Shown one piece after another: positions 27,582 through 42,248 of a stretch of 64,000 bases of DNA (the stretch's first letter is position 1; every line of letters starts with the position of its first letter). The notes beneath the pieces are model-generated. The model was not told the DNA's origin. It saw only the letters and a list, made by a program, of their open reading frames with translations, and did not search any database. Source of the stretch: an uncultured Elusimicrobia bacterium (lineage in GTDB: Bacteria > Elusimicrobiota > Elusimicrobia > 2-01-FULL-59-12); contig OY969767.1 of the NCBI GenBank assembly GCA_963702895.1, forward strand, positions 544,001 through 608,000, written 5' to 3'. A program made the translations under genes and the position numbers.

Positions 27582-28555
27582 TGCCTTCCTTGCGCGAAAT
27601 CCGGCGGAAGATAAAGTCCGTCAAATCAACTCAGCAGATCACCAAAGCTATGAAGATGGTGGCAGCGGCGCGGCTGCGCAAGGCGCAGGCGCGTATCCTT
27701 TCGGCGCGGCCGTTTGCCCAGAAGATGGAAGAGTTTATGACGGATCTCTTGGTCAGAATTGAGGGGGAAGAGACCCATCCGCTCTTTGTCCGGCGGCAGG
27801 GGGCGCGCCGGGTGCTCCTTCTCGTCACGGCCGACAAGGGGCTCTGTGGCGCCTTCAATACGAACCTGATTCGCGAGGCGACCAAATATTTGACCAAGTA
27901 TGGCGCGCCAAATGTGGATCTCTATGTGGTGGGGCGTAAGGGCCGGGACTTCTTCCGACGTATGGGCTGTCACATCAGCAAAGAATACCTCAACATGTTC
28001 AACGCGTTGAATTTTGCCCATGCGGAGTTGATTACACAGGATTTACTGAAAGCCTACGTGCCCTCACCCAACCTCTCCCATCCTTCGGCTGGGAGAGGGG
28101 CAGCAGCAGAGCCCCCTCGCCCGCCGCAGGTGGGAGAGAGAGAGCCCGACGCTACGCGGAGAGGCGAGGGTGAGGGCAAAAACATTGTCGCAGTCGATAT
28201 GCTTTACAACGAATTTAAGTCGGTGATTCAGCAGCGCTTGATGGTCAAAACGCTCTTGCCGTTAACGCCCATCGATGAGGTCGAGGTCCAAGAATTTCCT
28301 GATTTTATTTACGAGCCCGACAAAAAAGTCCTTTTCGAGGCCATCATCAGCCGCTATTTGAAGTCCCAGGTCTTTCGTGTGTTGCTCGAGTCGGGCGCCG
28401 CGGAACTCGGCGCGCGCATGGCGGCCATGGATAACGCTACCCGCAACGCCAAGGAACTGATGGAGTCGCTCACGCTTTCCATGAACCGGACGCGGCAGAG
28501 CTCCATCACCAAAGAGATTCTGGAAGTGGTCAGCGGCGCGGAAGCCCTCAAATGA
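27581..28555 (+). CDS. atpG: ATP synthase F1 subunit gamma with a ~40-aa repeat-derived insertion
   Basis: ITKAMKMVAAA, DKGLCGAFN, ARMAAM..AT.NA, RQ..IT.E. Confidence 0.97.
   Translation: MPSLREIRRKIKSVKSTQQITKAMKMVAAARLRKAQARILSARPFAQKMEEFMTDLLVRIEGEETHPLFVRRQGARRVLLLVTADKGLCGAFNTNLIREATKYLTKYGAPNVDLYVVGRKGRDFFRRMGCHISKEYLNMFNALNFAHAELITQDLLKAYVPSPNLSHPSAGRGAAAEPPRPPQVGEREPDATRRGEGEGKNIVAVDMLYNEFKSVIQQRLMVKTLLPLTPIDEVEVQEFPDFIYEPDKKVLFEAIISRYLKSQVFRVLLESGAAELGARMAAMDNATRNAKELMESLTLSMNRTRQSSITKEILEVVSGAEALK
28059..28178. repeat. CCCTCACCC palindromic element in-frame in atpG (120 bp)
   Basis: Terminal IR tgccctcaccc / gggtgagggca; internal cctctccca..tgggagagg. Confidence 0.9.
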
Positions 28556-28559
28556 GGAC

Positions 28560-28640
28560 CGTCCGAGGTCCGACGTCCGACGCCAGGATTTCCGCGACTT
28601 TTCATAAAATGCCGCGACGTCGGACGTCGCACGTCGGACG
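28560..28640. repeat. Heptamer inverted-repeat element (CGTCCGA family)
   Basis: Arms identical to the mnmA copy at 142-235; spacer differs. Confidence 0.9.
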
Positions 28641-28649
28641 ATCAACTCA

Positions 28650-30478
<1,829 letters not shown>

Positions 30479-30493
30479 AGACTTTCCAGAGAC

Positions 30494-30590
30494 ACCTTCT
30501 CCCGCTGTAAAGCGGGAGAAGGTTGGGATGAGGGCACAATACATGACGTGCCCTCACCCTAGCCCTCTCCCGCCGATCGGCGGGAGAGGG
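30494..30590. repeat. CCCTCACCC/CCCTCTCCC palindromic element, inverted pair
   Basis: accttctcccgct..agcgggagaaggt; gggatgagggcac..gtgccctcaccct; ccctctcccgccgatcggcgggagaggg. Confidence 0.9.
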
Positions 30591-30601
30591 AAGAGAGGGC
30601 C

Positions 30602-31021
30602 ATGCCTATTACGGTTGACATCCTCACCCCCGAACGCAAGGTTCTGCAGACCCAGGCAGACTCTGTCGTCGTTCCTGCTGTTCATGGCGAACTCGGCATC
30701 CTGGAGGATCACGCGCCGCTTGTGGTGCAGCTCTCGCCGGGTGAAATCCGGTTACGGACAGGAGAGGACGTCCAGCTCTTCGCTGTTTCGGGAGGGTTTG
30801 TCGAAGTCCAAAAAAATCGTGTGATGATCTTGGTGGAAACGGCGGAAATGGCGCAGGAGATCGATGTGGAACGCGCTCGCCAGGCCGCCGAACGGGCGAA
30901 AGCCGCGCTGAACGCGCCGCTAGGATCCCAAGATTATTCCCAGGCCGAGATTGCGCTCAAGCGCGCGCTCGTCCGTTTGCATGCGGCCGAAACCACCCGT
31001 CGACGAACCGGTAAACGCTGA
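30602..31021 (+). CDS. atpC: ATP synthase F1 subunit epsilon
   Basis: ILTPER, GELGILEDHAP, VSGGFVEV. Confidence 0.96.
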   Translation: MPITVDILTPERKVLQTQADSVVVPAVHGELGILEDHAPLVVQLSPGEIRLRTGEDVQLFAVSGGFVEVQKNRVMILVETAEMAQEIDVERARQAAERAKAALNAPLGSQDYSQAEIALKRALVRLHAAETTRRRTGKR

Positions 31022-31038
31022 TATAATCCGAAGGTATC

Positions 31039-31533
31039 ATGATATACCTTGAACTATTCCGCGCATTGGAACGACAGAACATCCAATACGTGGTCGTTGG
31101 CGGGCTGGCGGTCATCTTCCATGGATTCGCGCGGATGTCTATGGATTTGGATCTCGCCGTTTCTCTGGAATCTCAGAACCTCAGACAGTTTGTTGATCTG
31201 GCAGAGCACCTCGGCTACCGACCTAAACTCCCCGTATCGTTCCGGGACTTACTCGACAAAAATAAGCGAAAAGAATGGGCTGAACAGAAGCATATGTTGG
31301 TTTTTTCTCTTTATCATCAAGAACGCCCTCAAGAGCTGGTCGATGTATTCATCCATGACCTGATTCCATTTCACGAGCTGTTCAAGAGGCATGTCCGCAT
31401 TCCTTTGGGCGAAGACATTGTGCGCGTGGCTTCAATTGAAGACTTAAAGACGATGAAGCGGATGGCGGGCCGACCTCAAGACCTGCAGGATATTGCGGCG
31501 CTGGAAAATCTCGAAAAGAAGAAATTGACGTGA
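31039..31533 (+). CDS. Nucleotidyltransferase-fold protein (toxin-antitoxin-type)
   Basis: YVVVGGLAV..HG..R...DLD; K..AGRPQDLQDI. Confidence 0.75.
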   Translation: MIYLELFRALERQNIQYVVVGGLAVIFHGFARMSMDLDLAVSLESQNLRQFVDLAEHLGYRPKLPVSFRDLLDKNKRKEWAEQKHMLVFSLYHQERPQELVDVFIHDLIPFHELFKRHVRIPLGEDIVRVASIEDLKTMKRMAGRPQDLQDIAALENLEKKKLT

Positions 31534-31751
31534 AGGTATACCCGTATCCTGAGCCTATTCGTGTACTCCAGATTTATTCACCTGAGGCCCAGGCTCAGTG
31601 GGTCCATACGACGCCGCTGGAGCGCCTTAAATGGTTAGATTTTGCATTGCAGGCGGCCTGGGCCGGGGCTGCTTATCGTACGAAAGACTTCAACCTTGCG
31701 TGTCTCCCACGCGTCGGCAAAATCACCCGTCGCCAAAGAAGACGTTCATAG
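31530..31751 (+). CDS. Small hypothetical partner protein
   Basis: GTGA overlap with the upstream gene; TPLERLKWL motif. Confidence 0.5.
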   Translation: MKVYPYPEPIRVLQIYSPEAQAQWVHTTPLERLKWLDFALQAAWAGAAYRTKDFNLACLPRVGKITRRQRRRS

Positions 31752-31821
31752 CCCACTCCCTCATAAGCGGTAGCGAGGTAACAACGAAAGATGTTGCAGG
31801 TTGGCAACAGGATTGAGCAGG

Positions 31822-33222
31822 CTAATCCAGCACCACCTCATCTCCAAAGTTCGGGCTTTCGACTTGTGTCATCCCCATCGTTTTAAGCTTTTCCGATAAG
31901 ACGTTCCTGTCGGTGGCGTCGCCGTGCACAAGGAAGATTTTACGCGGGCGGGGCTTGAGCCCCTCGATGAACCACAGGAGATCCCCCTGGTCGGCATGCG
32001 CGGAAAAGAAGGACATGGTTTGAACTCTGGCCAGCACGTCGTGTTCTAAGCCGAAAATCTTCACTTTCTTCGCGCCTTCGGCGAGGCGTCTGCCCAGGGT
32101 GCCTTCCGCCTGATAGCCGACCAGGAGGACCGTGGTGGATTCTTTGTCGATGTGCTGGCGCAGGTGATGCAGGATGCGGCCGCCTTCGCACATGCCGGAG
32201 GCGGACACAATCACCATGGGACCGGGCCGATCGTTTAAGCGTTTAGACTCTTCGGCGGACCTCAAGTAGTGGACGCTTTCAAATCCAAAGGGGTCGCCTT
32301 CCTTGGCAATGTAGTCTTTAAATTCAGGGGTGAGGTGGAAGTCGCCCAGGTGTTGATTGAAGATTTCGGTGATGTTGACGGCCATGGGGCTGTCCACATA
32401 GAGCGGAAGGGCCGGGATGCGGCCCCGGCGCCTGAGTTTTTCAAGGATGAAGATGATTTCCTGCGTGCGCTCAAGCGCAAAGCTGGGAATGAGGACCCTT
32501 CCTTTTTCTTCCACAGCCCGTCCCAGGACCTTCGCGAAGGTTTCTTCTGCGTTTTCGATCTTTCCATGGAGGCGGTCGCCATAGGTGCTTTCGATGAGGA
32601 GATAGTCCACGTTCCGGGGGGGCTCGGGGCTTTTCATGAGAAGCGTTTGTCGCCGGCCCAGATCTCCCGTGAAAAGAATTCGGCGCGGGCCTTGGTCCGT
32701 GCGGAGGTCCAGCTGGATCATGGCTGATCCCAGGACATGGCCGGCATTTAAATAGGTGGCGCTAAGGTCCGGGGCGATGGGCACCGGTCGTGCGTGACCC
32801 ACGGCCTGGAATTGCGCGAGGACCCGCTCGGCGTCTTCTTGGGTGTAGAGGGGTGCGATCCAGTGCCCTTCGGCGGCGTGGATTTTATTGAAGAAGGCAG
32901 CATCTTCCTCTTGGAGCTTGCCCGAATCCGGGAGCATGATGCCGCAAAGATCGCGCGTGGCCTCTGTGGCATAGATGGGGCCCTTGAATCCTGCTTTGGC
33001 CAAGAGCGGCAAACTTCCGCTATGATCAATATGGGCATGGGAGAGGAGCACGGCATCCAGCGCCTGGACCTCAAAGGGGAAGGCTCGATTTTTATCCAAT
33101 GCGTCGCGGCGGTGCCCCTGGAAGAGTCCGCAGTCCAGAAGAAGCTTCGCATGGGGAGTGGTAAGGTAATGCCGAGACCCTGTGACTTCGCCGGCGGCGC
33201 CGCAGAATTGGATGCGGATCAT
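31822..33222 (-). CDS. MBL-fold metallo-hydrolase, beta-CASP RNA-processing family
   Basis: GAAGEVTGS, SHAHIDHSG, AGHVLGS, ESTYG, SASGM, SAHAD, VHG. Confidence 0.93.
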   Translation of the reverse strand: MIRIQFCGAAGEVTGSRHYLTTPHAKLLLDCGLFQGHRRDALDKNRAFPFEVQALDAVLLSHAHIDHSGSLPLLAKAGFKGPIYATEATRDLCGIMLPDSGKLQEEDAAFFNKIHAAEGHWIAPLYTQEDAERVLAQFQAVGHARPVPIAPDLSATYLNAGHVLGSAMIQLDLRTDQGPRRILFTGDLGRRQTLLMKSPEPPRNVDYLLIESTYGDRLHGKIENAEETFAKVLGRAVEEKGRVLIPSFALERTQEIIFILEKLRRRGRIPALPLYVDSPMAVNITEIFNQHLGDFHLTPEFKDYIAKEGDPFGFESVHYLRSAEESKRLNDRPGPMVIVSASGMCEGGRILHHLRQHIDKESTTVLLVGYQAEGTLGRRLAEGAKKVKIFGLEHDVLARVQTMSFFSAHADQGDLLWFIEGLKPRPRKIFLVHGDATDRNVLSEKLKTMGMTQVESPNFGDEVVLD

Positions 33223-33283
33223 CGGGGCCAGCATAGCAAAATTCATTTCGACTTGATCTTGCGGCGAAAGGGGAAGGGAATTT

Positions 33284-34453
33284 GTGAAGACCCGTCAGAA
33301 AGAGTCCACGTTGGAGTCTGAACGGGGCGTTGGGGGACCCAGGAGACTCTTTCTGAAGCCATTCCAGGCATGGAAACATCCCTATTTGATTTTTTTCTTG
33401 AGCATGCTGATCTACATCGGCATGAGCACTTCGTTTGCCTCGCGCAAGCCCTTGTGGCTGGACGAGCGCCACGGCTTACAGGTGACGCTTGGGACCCCTT
33501 GGTCGACGCTCTGGCTCAAGGGCGCTGCCACGCAAGGCAGCCCAGCCCCGCTCTTCTACCTTTTCTGTAAGGCGGGCAGAGGGATCAAGGAGAAGGCGGA
33601 TGCTTGGGGGGTCTCACCTCTTGTTTCTTGGAGGTGGTCTTCGCTGTTGCCGTTTCTCGCCGGAGCGCTGATTTTCTTGAGCCGAAAGTCACGTTGTTTA
33701 GGATCCACCCAAGCCCAGCTCCTGATCGTGACGCTTTTTCTTTTCTCCAAGACCGCGTTTCGATTTTCCTACGAAGCGCGACCCTATGCCCTGTGGCTCG
33801 TTTTGAGTTTTCTTTTTTTGGCTTGTATCGCAGAAGAGGAAAAGCCGTGGTACTGGACTCTCATTTGCCTGATGATGGGATGGACGGCGACCGCTTCCCT
33901 CTTTCAGTTTGCGGCTTTTCTTGCCGTTTACGCCTTTCTTGCGCGGCGCCTGAAGAGGAGCATTTGGCAACACGTCCAAACGATCATTCCTGTTGTGTTG
34001 GCGTCTTTCATCGCCCTTTACTACGCGCAATATGCGGGACGCTGGCCTTATCAGGGCGCGAACTGGGGCACGTGGAAGGATTTCTTGATCATGGTGAGCC
34101 ATCATCTCGCACCCCTCACGGGCGCGGCGCTGTTGGTGATGGTGTCTCGGCATGCTGGGAAAGCGCAAGCCTCCCTTCTCTACATGACGACCCTGATGTG
34201 GTACCTCATGGGTCCTTTCATTTTCGCCATCACCCGGCATCAAGGATTTTTCTTTCACAGCAGGCAATACATCTACTGGACCGCGAGCACAGTCTTCATT
34301 CTGTTGGGATTGGTTGATCTTTTGGCGCAGGAGTTTCCCGCGAGACGCGCCCACCCCGTTCGCGTTGGTTGGATTGCTCTTCTGGTGTTGTTATGTTTCG
34401 ATCGAGCAGGGGTTTATTACCCGGTCCTGGGATTTTTGAAGGCTCATTTCTAG
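33284..34453 (+). CDS. Polytopic membrane protein, GT-C glycosyltransferase-like
   Basis: TM1 followed by LWLDE, PLFY, EARPYA; many TM helices. Confidence 0.65.
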   Translation: MKTRQKESTLESERGVGGPRRLFLKPFQAWKHPYLIFFLSMLIYIGMSTSFASRKPLWLDERHGLQVTLGTPWSTLWLKGAATQGSPAPLFYLFCKAGRGIKEKADAWGVSPLVSWRWSSLLPFLAGALIFLSRKSRCLGSTQAQLLIVTLFLFSKTAFRFSYEARPYALWLVLSFLFLACIAEEEKPWYWTLICLMMGWTATASLFQFAAFLAVYAFLARRLKRSIWQHVQTIIPVVLASFIALYYAQYAGRWPYQGANWGTWKDFLIMVSHHLAPLTGAALLVMVSRHAGKAQASLLYMTTLMWYLMGPFIFAITRHQGFFFHSRQYIYWTASTVFILLGLVDLLAQEFPARRAHPVRVGWIALLVLLCFDRAGVYYPVLGFLKAHF

Positions 34454-34500
34454 TCCTCGCCTCAAACTTGAAGATGTTGGGAACTGAAGAAAATAACTTC

Positions 34501-34530
34501 TTGACATATTTTCGCGGGATTTCATACCAT
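34501..34530 (+). promoter_or_regulatory. Putative sigma70 rrn promoter
   Basis: TTGACA-18 bp-TACCAT upstream of 16S. Confidence 0.6.
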
Positions 34531-34587
34531 TTCGCCAGTTCACAATGCCCCGCAACCGCGTTCGGAAGGGTTGCGCGGTTCTTTTGC

Positions 34588-34600
34588 TGTTCTTTGAAAT
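34588..34600 (+). promoter_or_regulatory. boxA-like antiterminator (second copy near 37141-37152)
   Basis: tgttctttgaaat in the leader; ggtctttgacaa in the spacer. Confidence 0.55.
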
Positions 34601-34770
34601 ACGAATATAGCGCAAGCCGATAAACGCCCCACAGGCTTGTCAGCGTAAGCTGGCAGGAATGTAAGGGGCGCTAAGGGTTACTTGAAGTGACTTTGGTGTT
34701 TCATAGAGCTAACAAGCAAACCTCTATTGGAACCTCGTGGCCTCTCTAGTTCGGGAGGTTGCAGGAAAAT

Positions 34771-36324
<1,554 letters not shown>

Positions 36325-36447
36325 TTTTTTTCCCTTCGGGGATTAGAATGGAAGTCGAACCTTACTCTCTGCCTTCATCAGCAGGGAGGATGCACAAGCA
36401 GTAGAAGTCAGACGCCTGGGGCGTTTGTCCGCTCGCGCTATAAATTC

Positions 36448-36510
36448 AGTTCCGGGTTCCTCGTTTAAATTCGTGGCACTAGAATACAGGAACGAGAAAC
36501 TAGGAACGAG
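36448..36510. repeat. Heptamer inverted-repeat element (GTTCCT/AGGAAC family)
   Basis: agttccg-ggttcct-cgttt ... aggaacg-agaaact-aggaacg. Confidence 0.65.
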
Positions 36511-36521
36511 GGGCTTTTTTA

Positions 36522-36595
36522 GGACCCGTAGCTCAGTTGGTTAGAGCGCACGCTTGATAAGCGTGAGGTCGAAAGTTCAAATCTTTCCGGGTCCA
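36522..36595 (+). tRNA. tRNA-Ile(GAT), CCA not encoded
   Basis: Acceptor stem GGACCCG/CGGGTCC; anticodon loop ttGATaa. Confidence 0.95.
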
Positions 36596-36610
36596 GGATC
36601 TCTGAGCGAT

Positions 36611-36871
36611 ATGTTTTATGTAAATGTTTTAAAGACCGTGAAAAGTGGTTGATTGTATAAGGGCTATTCGGAAAATTTGGCAAAACGGTTGGCAGAGCAT
36701 AATACTGGACATACCAAGTCGAATCGTTATTTGAGGCCGTTTGTTCTTTTATATTCTGAGAGTTACGCGACTCGATTGGAAGCTGTTCGTCGCGAACGCT
36801 ATTTGAAATCGGGTGTTGGGCGGGAGGAGTTGGCTCAGATCCTGTCTCAGCAGGCGCTCACGGGGGTGTAG
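36611..36871 (+). pseudogene. GIY-YIG nuclease with an in-frame TGA at codon 14, inside the 16S-23S spacer
   Basis: MFYVNVLKTVKSG*LYKGYSENLAKRLAEHN...EA.RRERYLKSG.GRE. Confidence 0.8.
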
Positions 36872-36934
36872 CTCAGCTGGGAGAGCGCCTGCTTTGCAAG
36901 CAGGAGGTCACCGGTTCGATCCCGGTCACCTCCA
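36862..36934 (+). tRNA. tRNA-Ala(TGC), CCA not encoded
   Basis: Acceptor stem GGGGGTG/CACCTCC; anticodon ttTGCaa; ggttcgatcc T-arm. Confidence 0.95.
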
Positions 36935-36947
36935 AAATTTAGGTTAT

Positions 36948-37048
36948 GCTGGGAGAGCGGTCGCCTGCGGCGACAGGTCGTCGGTTCGTCTGCCACAAAA
37001 CAGGCGGACGAGCGCCCGAAGTGTGGTGCTCGATCCCGATCACCTCCA
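36948..37048 (+). pseudogene. Split, degenerate tRNA-Ala duplicate
   Basis: gctgggagagcg (D-arm copy) and tcgatcccgatcacctcca (T-arm/acceptor copy) separated by hairpin-rich DNA. Confidence 0.65.
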
Positions 37049-37315
37049 GAATATTTTCGAGGGGTCTTCCCAAAGAATTCAAATTGATTTTATACCGGTT
37101 ACCCGTCAGACGCTTGGCGGGACCGCTGCGAGTCGTTGGCGGTCTTTGACAACTTAATAGATCTAAACAAAATGGGCAGTCGCCAGACGTTTTGGCGGCT
37201 GAATAGTAAACGTCAAGCACCTCAATTGTAATTGTAAGGTGTAAGAGAACGAGTGAGCGTATCCTTGATTGTCCTCCGATCCCGTTAGGGTGAAGGGGGA
37301 AGGATTAAGTGATAT

Positions 37316-40325
<3,010 letters not shown>

Positions 40326-40377
40326 TATCATTCGATCCTTAGGGTGTTTGATGTTTACACTCCTTTTGATTTAGATT

Positions 40378-40495
40378 TCCCGGTGGTATTTCCGGTGGGG
40401 CCACACCCGATCCCATTCCGAACTCGGTAGTTAAGCCCATCAGGGCCGATGGTACTCGTCGCGCAAGTGACTGGGAGAGTAGGTCGCTGCCGGGG
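40378..40495 (+). rRNA. rrf: 5S rRNA
   Basis: cacccgatcccattccgaactcgg, gccgatggtact, gggagagtaggtcgctgccg. Confidence 0.95.
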
Positions 40496-40506
40496 TTATT
40501 TTTTAA

Positions 40507-41253
40507 GTGAAATCGTCTCATAACGTCATCCTGACCCTCAGCCTGATGTTCGGCATCATGCTGATCGCTCGTGAGTCTTATGCCCGAGATCTGGGGGTTC
40601 TGGTGTTGCCCATTCATAAGGGGCGCATCACGAGCAGCCTGGTCTATGAGCATTTGAAAGTCGAAGACGATTTTGAAACGCGCGGGGAGACCGTCTTTAA
40701 GTCGCATGTCGTGGGGGCCCTCTTCAGTTACGGCCTTACCGATACGGTCTCCGTGGCGCTCAAGGGCGGATCGATCCTCGAGCCGAGAGTGGAAGCCCAA
40801 GGGGACGCTTGGGAGTCGCGCGCAGGCTACCTCTACGGCATTGATCTTTATCATGAGGTTTTCCCGTCGACCCCTCTGCGGCCGGGTGTTCAGCTTTCGG
40901 GTGGTGTGACAGGCTTTCTGGTCCCTCTCGATCGGGCCGATGTGGACGACAGCGGGATGACCCCTGTCGACCAAAAGATGTCAGGGGTCGAGTATCACGG
41001 CAGTGTGGTGGCGACTTATAAGTGGCGCATGGCCGAACCCTACGCCGGGCTGCGAGGATTCGGCAACAACGTGAGCTGGCGGGACAATTCGTCTGGAGCA
41101 AGTCCTGCAAAAATTACAGGTCATGCTCATGGCAATCTCTCGGTGGTCGTGGGACTCCCGCTGCGCCTGAGTCAAGATCTAAGAGTCTTCGTGGAAGGTC
41201 GATTTGTGAGCGAAACAGCGCTCACAGCAGGGATTACGATCGCTTCGTTTTAA
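40507..41253 (+). CDS. Putative outer-membrane beta-barrel protein
   Basis: Signal peptide, amphipathic beta-strands, C-terminal Phe. Confidence 0.6.
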   Translation: MKSSHNVILTLSLMFGIMLIARESYARDLGVLVLPIHKGRITSSLVYEHLKVEDDFETRGETVFKSHVVGALFSYGLTDTVSVALKGGSILEPRVEAQGDAWESRAGYLYGIDLYHEVFPSTPLRPGVQLSGGVTGFLVPLDRADVDDSGMTPVDQKMSGVEYHGSVVATYKWRMAEPYAGLRGFGNNVSWRDNSSGASPAKITGHAHGNLSVVVGLPLRLSQDLRVFVEGRFVSETALTAGITIASF

Positions 41254-41258
41254 CTTAT

Positions 41259-41783
41259 ATGCCAACACAACAAAAAACAAACGCGGTGCAAGATTTTGAA
41301 AAGCAGGCCCGTGAATCCAAAGGCCTGATTGTGACCTCGTTTAAGGCGCTCAAGACCGTGGAATTCAACGAGATGCGCGCGCAGCTTCGCGCGCATGCGG
41401 GCGAATACCGCGTCGTCAAGAACAGCCTGACGAAAATTGCCCTGAAGAATGCAGGGATGGAACAGCTGGCCGAGATGTTGGAGGGCCCCACCGCGATCGT
41501 CCTCGAGCGCGGGGATGCGATTGCGGCCACGAAGATTGTTTTTGAATTTGCCAGAACTCATGAGAACCTGAAAATCAACGGTGGGTTTTTGGAAGGGAAA
41601 GTTTTAACGGCCCAGGAGCTCAAGGCCATCGCTTTCCTTCCTTCCCGAGAGGTTCTCCTGGCCACGCTATTAGGGACATTGCAGGCGCCGATGGTTAATT
41701 TGGTCAGCGTTCTGCAGGCTCCGATGCGTGATCTGGTCGGCGTGCTTGACCAGATCGCGAAAAAGACACCCGAGTCGAAATAG
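41259..41783 (+). CDS. rplJ: 50S ribosomal protein L10
   Basis: VVKNSL, GPTAI, LPSREVLLA. Confidence 0.95.
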   Translation: MPTQQKTNAVQDFEKQARESKGLIVTSFKALKTVEFNEMRAQLRAHAGEYRVVKNSLTKIALKNAGMEQLAEMLEGPTAIVLERGDAIAATKIVFEFARTHENLKINGGFLEGKVLTAQELKAIAFLPSREVLLATLLGTLQAPMVNLVSVLQAPMRDLVGVLDQIAKKTPESK

Positions 41784-41861
41784 AACCAAGACCAAAGGCC
41801 TATTCTCTGATGGAGAGGAAAGGATCGATGGTCCCGATAACATGTACCCTAGGAGGACGTC

Positions 41862-42248
41862 ATGGCTGATAACACTGCGTTGGTTGAACAAATCTCAAAA
41901 CTCAGCGTTCTTGAGGTTTCCGAGCTGGTCAAGGCGTTGGAAGACAAGTTTGGCGTGAAAGCTGCCGCCCCGATGGCTTTTGCTGCGGGTGCTGCGCATG
42001 CGCCAGCCGCCGGCGGCGCAGCCGCCGCTGAGGAGAAAACGGAATTTACCGTGGTCCTGTCGAGCGCAGGTTCCAACAAAATTGCCGCGATCAAGGTCGT
42101 CCGTGAATTGACAGGCCTCGGTCTCAAAGAAGCCAAGGATCTGGTGGATGGCGCTCCCAAGACGGTGAAGGAAGGCGTCAACAAGGCCCAGGCTGAAGAG
42201 ATGAAGAAAAAGCTTTCCGATGCCGGCGCGACCGTCGAAGTGAAATAA
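41862..42248 (+). CDS. rplL: 50S ribosomal protein L7/L12
   Basis: [18 protein letters not shown]. Confidence 0.97.
   Translation: MADNTALVEQISKLSVLEVSELVKALEDKFGVKAAAPMAFAAGAAHAPAAGGAAAAEEKTEFTVVLSSAGSNKIAAIKVVRELTGLGLKEAKDLVDGAPKTVKEGVNKAQAEEMKKKLSDAGATVEVK

Noticed and set aside
36650..36652. In-frame TGA as evidence of an alternative genetic code or selenocysteine
   Set aside because: Many conserved genes here end in TGA (atpA, atpG, rpsE); a single nonsense mutation is simpler.
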